From assembly GCF_006345805.1 (NCBI RefSeq), contig NW_021828290.1:1-8874 (forward strand): DNA of 8,874 bases, given 5' to 3'. This DNA comes from Octopus sinensis (taxonomy: Eukaryota). The notes under the pieces were generated by a model. The model saw only the letters and a list, made by a program, of their open reading frames with translations, ran no database searches and was not told the origin of the DNA. Both the position numbers and the translations under genes were made by a program. This document shows, piece after piece, positions 1-7,499 of the stretch (position 1 is the stretch's first letter; every line of letters begins with the position of its first letter).

Positions 1-133
1 AAAATTGCCAACGTACACACACACGAGTCACATCGTATTATATTATATTATATTTTATGCGCAACTCCATTGCCTCCCAAGATAAAAAGGATGCCAACCA
101 ATATATTATATTAAATTGTATTATGTTATATTC

Positions 134-298
134 GGCGGGCTTCTTTCGGTTTTCCTCTACCAAATCCACTCACAAGGCTTTGGTCAAACCAAGGCTATAA
201 CAGAAGATACTTGCCCAAGGTGCCGCACCATGGAGCTGAACCCGGAATCAAGTGGTTGGCAAGCAAACTTCTTACCACACGGCCACGTGTGTACCTAT
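134..298 (-). mobile_element. tRNA-derived SINE family A, 5' half (head plus CORE-like segment), diverged copy
   Basis: Reverse complement matches the + strand copies at 483, 2395 and 7290 (ctaccaaatccactcacaaggc, cttgcccaaggtgcc, cttaccacacggccac). Confidence 0.85.
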
Positions 299-306
299 AT
301 ATCTCA

Positions 307-444
307 GACTTCTTTTGGTTTCCCTCTAACAAATCCACTCACAAGGCTTTTCGTGGGACCAAGTCTATAACAGAAGACACTTCCCCAGCCCAAGGTGCCA
401 CGCAGTAGGACTGAACCCTGTGGTTGAGATGCAAACTTCTTACC
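307..444 (-). mobile_element. SINE family A, second diverged 5'-half copy
   Basis: Contains aaatccactcacaaggc, gaagacactt...cccaaggtgccacgcagtaggactgaacc, the reverse complement of the family A body. Confidence 0.8.
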
Positions 445-482
445 GGAAAGCTTAGCTGATCTGTTAGCATATTTTCTAGATA

Positions 483-900
483 GGCGCAGGAGTGGCTGTG
501 TGGTAAGTAGCTTGCTTACCAACCACATGGTTCCGGGTTCAGTCACACTGCGTGGAATCTTGGGCAAGTGTCTTCTACTATAGCCCCAGGCCGACCAATG
601 CCTTGTGAGTGGATTTGGTAGACGGAAACTGAAAGAAGCCTGTCGTATATATGTATATATATACATATGCATGTGTATGTATGTGTGTCTATGTTTGTCC
701 ACCCTAGCATCGCTTGACAACCGATGCTGGTGTGTTTACGTCCCCGCCACTTAGCGGCTCGGCAAAAGAGACCGATAGAATAAGTACTGGGCTTACAAAA
801 AAGAATAAGTCCCGGGGTCGATTTGCTCGACTAAAGGCGGTGCTCCAGCATGGCCGCAGTCAAATGTCTGAAATAAGTAGTAAAAGAGAGTAAAAGTGCA
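483..900 (+). mobile_element. SINE family A, apparently full length (Pol III head, CORE-like segment, internal microsatellite, structured 3' tail)
   Basis: A box tggctgtgtgg, B box ggttcagtc, CORE-like cttgggcaagtgtctt, internal (TA/TG)n at about 646-690, and a tail ending in gtaaaaga repeats. Colinear with 7290-7727. Confidence 0.9.
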
Positions 901-912
901 AAGAGAGGATCA

Positions 913-1004
913 AGGATCAATTCATTCAACTAAACACCTTTGAAGGCGGTGCTCCAGCATGGCCGCAGTCTAATGACTGAAACAAGTAAAAGAGTAAAGA
1001 GAGA
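913..1004 (+). mobile_element. 5'-truncated family A-type 3' tail next to the preceding SINE tail
   Basis: aaggcggtgctccagcatggccgcagtctaatgactgaaacaagtaaaagag repeats the tail at about 834-895 with a variant upstream segment. Confidence 0.8.
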
Positions 1005-1016
1005 GTATACGTTTAA

Positions 1017-1282
1017 CCTTTCGCTGCGCAACTTGTTGAGTTGTGCATTTAACATTTCCACAGAACATTCAGTGTTTATGTGTCTAACATTTTGTTTGTT
1101 TATGACTGCTTGCATTTAGCATTTACGTGTTTGAATTTATGAATAACTTGTCGGTTCGGTCGCGTTTAACCTTTTGCATTACGCATAAAACTTGTCATTT
1201 GCAGTTACATTAAGATAAGCGGACTTTCCGTGCGTTGCTTTGGCGATTTGCCATGGATTTTTCAAAGCTTGTCAGCGAAGGG
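1017..1282. mobile_element. Possible piggyBac-type MITE relic
   Basis: The left end is ttaa|cctttcgctg (1013-1026) and the right end is cagcgaaggg|ttta (1273-1286). This gives a 9/10 inverted match and a near-TTAA target site, but the TIR is short. Confidence 0.35.
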
Positions 1283-1350
1283 TTTACTGAAATTTAGACA
1301 AAACCCAACCACGGACCTCAAAGATCTATACCCGGTTCTGAATAATATAC

Positions 1351-1570
1351 GTGTGTGTTTGTGAGTGTGTATGTATGAATACACAAATATATATGTTTGT
1401 GTGTGTGTGTGTGTGTCTATCTATCTATCTATCTATCTATCTTCTACCTATCTATATCTATCTATCTATCTATCTATCTATATCTATATCTATCTATCTA
1501 TCTATCTACATTCTATATCTATCTATCTATATATAGATATTATATATTATATAATATATTATATATATAA
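1351..1570. repeat. Compound microsatellite (TG)n-(TATC)n-(TA)n
   Basis: Directly visible simple repeats. Confidence 0.95.
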
Positions 1571-1579
1571 ACGATAAAC

Positions 1580-1882
1580 ATCGCCTTTTTCAACCCTAGC
1601 CTGGCTCATGGGCCTGGTTTGCCGGTTTCTGTGGCGTGTGTGTTCCCCCCAGCTGGACGGGACGCCAGTCCATCGCAGCATTACTCAAGAAACAGGAAGA
1701 GAGATTGAGAGAAAGTTATGGCGAAAGAATACAACAGGGATCGCCACCACCCCCTGTCGGAGCCTCTTGGAGCTTTTAGGTGTTTTCGCTCAATAAACAC
1801 ACACAACGCCCGGTCTGGGAATCGAAACCGCGATCCTCCGACCGCGAGTCCGCTGCCCTTACCACTGGGCCATTGCACCTCC
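1580..1882 (-). mobile_element. tRNA-derived SINE family B, copy 1 (tail type 1)
   Basis: The minus-strand head ggaggtgcaatggcccagtggt...gtttcgattcccagacc has A and B boxes. About 190 bp is shared with 5812-6005. The tail contains ctgcgatggactggcgtcccgtccag, which resembles the V-SINE domain as I recall it. Confidence 0.85.
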
Positions 1883-1883
1883 G

Positions 1884-1942
1884 CACACACACACACATAC
1901 ATATATACATACACACACATACATACATACATACATACACAC
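1884..1942. repeat. (CA)n/(TACA)n microsatellite
   Basis: Directly visible. Confidence 0.9.
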
Positions 1943-1948
1943 AGCCAC

Positions 1949-2032
1949 ACTGGTACTTAATTTATCGACCCCGAAAGGATGAAAGGCAAAGTCGACCTCG
2001 GCAGAATTTGAACTCACAAGGTAACGGCAGAC
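1949..2032 (-). mobile_element. Fragment of SINE family C (B box plus central domain)
   Basis: The reverse complement gagttcaaattctgccgaggtcgactttgcctttcatcctttcggggtcgataaattaagtaccag matches the units at 8292-8874. Confidence 0.85.
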
Positions 2033-2136
2033 ATATATATATATATATATATATATATACTGTTTCGTGATAGAAAATTCAACAAGGAAGTACTCCATCT
2101 GGTGAGAGATGAATATTATTTATTTAAAAGTCACAA

Positions 2137-2215
2137 TACATGTATTTAAGTGCTACTAATTGTTTCATATGCTGAGAAACACTCAAATGTATTCTTCAGG
2201 CGCAAACCACATATA
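2137..2215 (-). ncRNA. Type I hammerhead ribozyme-like motif (aged copy)
   Basis: Minus strand reads UAUAUGUGGUUUGCGC-CUGAAGA-AUACAUUUGAGUGUUUCUCAGCAUAU-GAAA-CAAUUAGUA^GCACUUAAAUACAUGUA. The core is CUGANGA/GAAA with a GUA cleavage triplet, and stems I-III can form with three mismatches. Confidence 0.65.
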
Positions 2216-2394
2216 ACGAACCCCAAAAAAATATTGAACAATAGAAGAAACGGAAAACGAAAAGAAAAACTAAAATGCAAAAAGTAAAAAGTAAAAAGGT
2301 AAGAGACCTATCTGAGACCTTTAATGATAAGGCTGGAAAGTCAGGGATAGGCAGAATTTTCCAATTCTTCGAAATATATTTATACATGAATATA

Positions 2395-2550
2395 GGCGCA
2401 GGAGTGGCTGTGTGGTAAGTAGCTTGCTAACCAACCACATGGTTCCGGGTTCAGTCCCACTGCGTGGAACCTTGGGCAAGTGTCTTCTATAGCTTCTGGC
2501 CGACCAAAGCCTTGTGAGTGGATTTGGTAGACGGAAACAGAAAGAAGCCC
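2395..2550 (+). mobile_element. SINE family A, 5' half ending at the internal microsatellite position
   Basis: Near-identical to 483-640, followed by (TA)n at 2555-2588. Confidence 0.9.
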
Positions 2551-2618
2551 ATTGGATATATATATATTATATATATATATATATATAATGAAAGAATGGA
2601 GTCGAACGACGATTTTAA

Positions 2619-2730
2619 ACAAAATTCCTTTACTCTCGACACATGTTTCGAAGGCTGCATATTCCTAATTCCGAAAGAATAAAGGGTGCATTATGCCGCC
2701 ATCTCATCAGGACAGACAAGGAACTTATGT
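2619..2730 (-). ncRNA. Type I hammerhead ribozyme with extended stem II
   Basis: Minus strand reads ACAUAAGUUCCUUGUCUGUC-CUGAUGA-GAUGGCGGCAUA-(30 nt)-UAUGCAGCCUUC-GAAACAUGUGUC^GAGAGUAAAGGAAUUUUGU. The core is canonical with a GUC triplet. Stem II pairs 10/12, and stem I has about 16 pairs with a 2x2 internal loop. Confidence 0.8.
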
Positions 2731-2806
2731 CAGCACCATGAAGAGCAAAAACTTTTAGATGACTAGGATAATTCATTCACCTTCTTAAATATATATATAT
2801 ATATAT

Positions 2807-3006
2807 CAGTGCTTTTGAAACTTTTTGCTGGAGCGGACCCCAAGCAAACATTCCATTGGCTCGAGGAACCCCTGTGCAATAATTTAATAGTCTTATGCAC
2901 ACATATCTGCACAGAAGAATTAAAAATTACTGCCGATTTTAGCAGTTTTGTAACTTCTTGCAGAACCCCTGGACTGTACTGGCGGAACCCTGGTTGAAAC
3001 CCACTG
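2807..3006. mobile_element. hAT-like MITE (200 bp) inserted in (TA)n
   Basis: The ends cagtgcttttgaaac and gttgaaacccactg form an imperfect CAGTG TIR, with repeated subterminal gaaccc(c)tg motifs. Both flanks are atatatat, compatible with an 8-bp TSD but uninformative. Confidence 0.65.
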
Positions 3007-3113
3007 ATATATATATATATATATAGGGAGAGTTTACGAAAGAAACAAAAGACGAAGACAGGTGGTGTACAAAACAAACAGATGTATTAGTATAACGCTC
3101 AGGAATAGAAAAA

Positions 3114-3155
3114 GTCCTTTTACGTTCGAGCCTACGCTCTTCGACAGAAAGGGAC
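3114..3155 (-). ncRNA. Degenerate minimal type I hammerhead-like relic
   Basis: Minus strand reads GUCCCUUU-CUGUCGAA-GAGC GUAG GCUC-GAACGUA^AAAGGAC. Stem I has 7 bp plus a bulge and stem II is a perfect 4 bp, but the core deviates from CUGANGA/GAAA. Confidence 0.4.
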
Positions 3156-3279
3156 ACAGAAAAACAGGAGAGAAAAAAATGTGTGTAGTGGCTAACGATC
3201 TATCTATATATATATATATATATATTATACATGTACCAAAGTGGAGTTGTTAGGGTACCGCACGAGCGGAATTTATATA

Positions 3280-3659
3280 CGAAAGAAGGTTTGAAAATGC
3301 AATTTTAAAAGATGTTTATTTACTTTACCGGTTTCACTCTTTGGAAAAAGATTGTCAAAAGTAAGCTGTAGAACTTTTTAATAATTCCTTCTAGGAAACT
3401 ATCTTTAACATGTTCTTGAGAATGTATATTTATGTTGTAATCTTCTGTGCCCAATATTTTAAGGAACTTGTTAAACTTTTTATGTCCTTAACATGTCCTT
3501 GTTACCAAAGACTGTATATATGTAATGTAGCATTTTGTAACAACCAATAATTAACGCAACCAAACTTCTACATGTTACTTTTGAAAATCTTTTTCTAAAG
3601 AGTGAAACCGGTAAAGTAAATAAACATCTTTTAAAATTGCATTTTCAAACCTTCTTTCG
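3280..3659. mobile_element. Tc1/mariner-like MITE with 94-bp TIRs and TA flanks
   Basis: 3280-3373 is the reverse complement of 3566-3659 at 90/94 positions. TA occurs at 3278-3279 and 3660-3661. The superfamily is inferred from the TA target only. Confidence 0.85.
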
Positions 3660-3842
3660 TATATATATATATATATATAATATAGATAATGTAAATATGC
3701 ATATATGGGTACAGGTTGTAACCAATAGTAAAGAACATGAAATACGAAAACAGATGAGTTCAATACACAAACAACAAAAGAAACAAATGGAAAACAGGAC
3801 AAGTAATACAAAGAATACAAGGAACAACCCTACATCAGTTGC

Positions 3843-3844
<2 letters not shown>

Positions 3845-3884
<40 letters not shown>

Positions 3885-4385
3885 GCATACACATATATAT
3901 GTACATGTTTATATGTATGTATGTATGTCTGTGCACTCATATTTATCTAAATCCATACACACTATATATAAATATACATATATATATATATCCACACACA
4001 CATAAAAATAAATATACACAGACAAATACATACATACACACACACTTACACACATACAAACATACATACATGCATGCATACACACATACATACATACACA
4101 TACATACATAAACATACATACACATACATGCATACACACATACATACATACATACACACACATACATACACACACACACATACATACAAACATACATACA
4201 TGCAGACACACATACATACATACACACACATACATACATACACACACATACATACATACACACACACATACATACATACACACACACATACAAATACATA
4301 CATACATACATACATACAAATACATACATACACACATACATACACACACATACATACACACACACACATACATACATACAAATAC
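3845..4385. repeat. Long (TA)n/(CA)n/(CATA)n compound microsatellite
   Basis: Directly visible. It is the source of the HTY/VCMY ORFs. Confidence 0.95.
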
Positions 4386-4575
4386 CTATACGTGTTATAT
4401 GCATGCCTGTGTGGTGATTATAAAGACCCACTATTAGCGCAATCACAGCACATCCACCAGAGTCATCGGAACCGCCGCCGCCAACACGTACCACTAATAT
4501 ACTTCTCCAGATTGTTATCATCAATGACACGGCTATATAGGGACACAACACATCTTCTATTCTACACATCACGCA

Positions 4576-4705
4576 ATATATATATATACATACATATATA
4601 TTATACGTGTGTGTGTATGTATGTATGTATGTATGTATATATATATATATATATATACTATATATATATATGTATGTATGTGTATGTATATATATATGTA
4701 TGTCT

Positions 4706-4736
<31 letters not shown>

Positions 4737-4749
4737 ATATATATGTATG

Positions 4750-4780
<31 letters not shown>

Positions 4781-4938
4781 GTATATATATGTATGTATGT
4801 ATGTATATATATGTATGTATGTATATATATATATATATATATATATGTCTGTATGTAAATATATATATATGTATGTATGTATATATATATATGTTTATGT
4901 ATGTATGTATGTTATATATATATATATATGTATGTATG

Positions 4939-4969
<31 letters not shown>

Positions 4970-5227
4970 ATATATATATGTTTATGTATAATATATGTCT
5001 GTATGTATATATATATGTATTCTGTATCTATATATTATGATTTTATATTATATATATATGTATGTATGTATATATATATGTATGTATGTATATATATATG
5101 GTCTGTATGTATATATATATGTCTGTATGTATATATGTATGTTATGTATATATATATCTATATACATATCTATATATATACATATAATATATAGAATATA
5201 TAAAATATATACATATTATATATATAC

Positions 5228-5263
<36 letters not shown>

Positions 5264-5277
5264 ACATATATATATTT
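4576..5277. repeat. Long (TA)n/(TATG)n compound microsatellite
   Basis: Directly visible, with recurring blocks like atatatatatgtatgtatgt. Confidence 0.95.
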
Positions 5278-5544
5278 ATGAATATATGCGTCGTTTGTAT
5301 GTATGTTTTTGGAGGTATGTATTGTGTATGTCTGTATGCGTGTATGGATGGATGGACGATGAATGTATACACCCTGTCGTGTAAACAATCTTTCGCTTGT
5401 TTATAACTGACTATTCAACGTTTTTCACACATCTTACGATACTTTTCAAAAGGACACCACATTGTCTGTAATCGTACTGAGCATGTGTATACACACACAC
5501 AGAGGATTTTATTTGCATGAGTACTAAACAAATAAACGACGTCT

Positions 5545-6094
5545 GGGATCTTTTCGGTTTGAACGGCAGTTTTTTTCTATCGATGTCATATGAAATTGTC
5601 ACCCATAATTATGATGATATATATGGAAGCACTCCGTCGGTTACGACGACGAGGGTTCCGGTTGATCCGAATCAACGGAACAGCCTGCTCGTGAAATTAA
5701 CGTGTAAGTGGCTGAGCACTCCACAGACACGTGCACCCTTAACGTAGTTCTCGGGGATTTCAGCGTGACACGGAGAGTGACAAGGCCGGCCCTTTGAAAT
5801 ACAGGTACAACAGAAACAGGAAGTAAGAGTGAGAGAAAGTTGTGGTGAAAGAGTACAGCAGGGATCACCACCATCCCCTGCCGGAGCCTCGTGGAGCTTT
5901 AGGTGTTTTCGCTCAATAAACACTCACAACGCCCGGTCTGGGAATCGAAACCGCGATCCTATGACCGCGAGTCCGCTGCCCTAACCACTGGGCCATTGCA
6001 CCTCCACACCCATAGTTATGACCCTAGTATGATCTATTGCATTTCAATCCGTTTTAGGGTTATGGTTAGGGGTAGGGGGAAGGGTATCTTTTTT
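5545..6094 (+). mobile_element. TTAGGG-containing non-autonomous TIR element, copy A (SINE-interrupted, truncated)
   Basis: Starts with ggatcttttcggtttgaacggca. The body gtcatatgaaattgtcacccataattat...ttttagggtt...agggtatcttttt matches copies B and C. Confidence 0.75.
5615..6006 (-). mobile_element. SINE family B, copy 2 (tail type 2) with 15-bp TSD
   Basis: The head and body match 1690-1882. It is flanked by cacccataattatga (5600-5614) and cacccatagttatga (6007-6021), identical at 14/15. Confidence 0.9.
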
Positions 6095-6498
6095 GGATCT
6101 TTTCCTTTTGAACGGCACATGTCAACACAATTTCTAGTTAACTAACCACTTTTAAACTTCGTATACTGGTAGAATGTGTTTATAAAACATCTTTTTCTCT
6201 TGGCTTTATTGAGAAAATTCTATAGTTTCTAAGATATTTCCACTTTAATTTCGAGCATTTCGGCAATTTTAACCAATCACTGACCTCCATTTGGGGTGAA
6301 AACATTCTGTGCTGTATGAAAATGTCCCTCGTTTAAGAAACAGATTGGGTTTATTTACATTTGCAAAGAAAAAAAGATACCCCTCCCCCACCCCTAACCC
6401 TAACCCTACTCCTAACCCTAAAACAGATTGAAATTCAATAGATCGATACTAGGGTTATAATTATGGGTGACAATTTCATATGACACCGCTACAGAAAA
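6095..6498 (-). mobile_element. TTAGGG-containing TIR element, copy B (inverted, near complete)
   Basis: 6095-6117 matches the copy A terminus at 21/23. 6315-6491 is the reverse complement of the copy C body and includes (CCCTAA)n. Confidence 0.75.
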
Positions 6499-6499
6499 T

Positions 6500-6713
6500 G
6501 GGATTTTTTTCTAGCGGTGTCAAATGAAAATGTCACCCATAATTATAACCCTAGTATCGATCTATTGCATTGCAATCTATTTTAGGGTTAGGTTTAAAGT
6601 TATGGTTAGGGTTAGGGGTAGGGTTAGGGTTAGGGGTGGAGGAAGGGTATCTTTTTTTTCTTCAGAAATGTAAATAAACCCAATCTGTTTCTTAAACGAG
6701 GGACATATTCATA
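6500..6713 (+). mobile_element. TTAGGG-containing TIR element, copy C (partial)
   Basis: The body is inverted relative to copy B. It has a TTAGGG-like tract at 6582-6646. Confidence 0.75.
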
Positions 6714-6740
6714 TATGGATGTGTTGCTCCAGCTGGGACA

Positions 6741-6764
6741 CTCGTCATCGTAAGCGACGGAGTG
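6741..6764 (+). mobile_element. Isolated 3'-terminal fragment of the SINE family B type 2 tail
   Basis: ctcgtcatcgtaagcgacggagtg matches the reverse complement of about 5630-5653 at 22/24. Confidence 0.55.
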
Positions 6765-6766
6765 TC

Positions 6767-7270
6767 ACTACATTATTTACTGTGTCCTTCTTTCTTGCTG
6801 TTGTTAAACCCAAGGTCAGTCCTGATCCAGCAAACCTATGATCAAAGACATTACAGCTGTGACAATCATGTCTTTTATTCAGACCTAGTGTACCTAAGAC
6901 TACATTATCTAATGTGTCCTTCCTTATTGTTGTTTAGCCCCAAGCGAGTCCTGATCCAGTCAGACCCATGATCAAAGACGTTCCAGCTGTGGCCATCCTA
7001 TTTTTGATTCAGGCATAGTGTATCTAGGACTACATTATCTAATGTGTCCTTCCTTATCGTTGTTTAGCCCCAGGTCAGTCCTGATCCAGTCAGACCCATG
7101 ATCAAGGATGTTCCAACTCTGACCATCCTGTCCTTTATTCAGACATAGTGCATCTAGGACTACATTATCTAATGTACCCCTCCTGGTATTTTTTTAACTC
7201 CAGACAATTCTGATCTAGCAGACATATGATCAAATGTACTCCAGCCGTGACCATTCCATCTTATGTTTGT
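6767..7270. repeat. Tandem array of about 3.9 units of 129-130 bp
   Basis: cctgatccag occurs at 6821, 6950 and 7080, with a diverged copy near 7209. gactacattatctaatgt recurs at the same period. Confidence 0.9.
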
Positions 7271-7289
7271 TCTAGATAGTGCGTATATA

Positions 7290-7458
7290 GGCGCAGGAGT
7301 GGCTGTGTGGTAAATAGCTTGTTTACCAACCACATGGTTCCGGGTTCAGTCCCACTGCGTGGCACCTTGGGCAAGTGTCTGCTACTATAGCCTCGGGCCG
7401 ACCAGAGCCCTGTGAGTGGATTTGTAGACGGAAACTGAAAGAAGCCCATCGTATATAT

Positions 7459-7499
<41 letters not shown>

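Noticed and set aside
116-720. ORFs of 65-138 aa over the SINE cluster, and similar ORFs at 1681-2070, 2380-2622, 5641-6145 and 7261-7536
   Set aside because: They lie within SINE copies or simple repeats and have no recognisable protein motifs.
1810-1882. tRNA-like sequence with A and B boxes (also 5935-6005, 483-555, 8244-8325)
   Set aside because: They continue directly into SINE bodies and I could not fold a complete cloverleaf, so they are SINE heads rather than tRNA genes.
2300-2387. Peptide KYISKNWKIL, loosely like the KHWHIL motif I recall from some Penelope-like ORFs
   Set aside because: The match is too short and based on memory alone. It would need a TBLASTN hit to count.
3825-3844. 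CUGAUGU on the minus strand next to a (TA)n tract, a possible fourth hammerhead relic
   Set aside because: The core is mismatched and there is no downstream GAAA or foldable stems.
3637-5388. Long ORFs (up to 305 aa) rich in HTY/VCMY/YI
   Set aside because: These are translations of CA/TA/TATG microsatellites, which lack stop codons in some frames.
6380-6646. TTAGGG/CCCTAA as a true telomere or fusion scar
   Set aside because: The tracts are short, degenerate and embedded at the same position in repeated element copies.
6659-6665. CUGAAGA on the minus strand
   Set aside because: It is followed by a poly-A run with no stem II or GAAA, and lies inside the TIR element.
6767-7270. Regularly spaced repeats as a CRISPR array, and CCCAAGC as a twister ribozyme loop
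   Set aside because: Whole units are homologous with no unique spacers, and the context is eukaryotic. CCCAAGC is present in one unit only, without twister stems.
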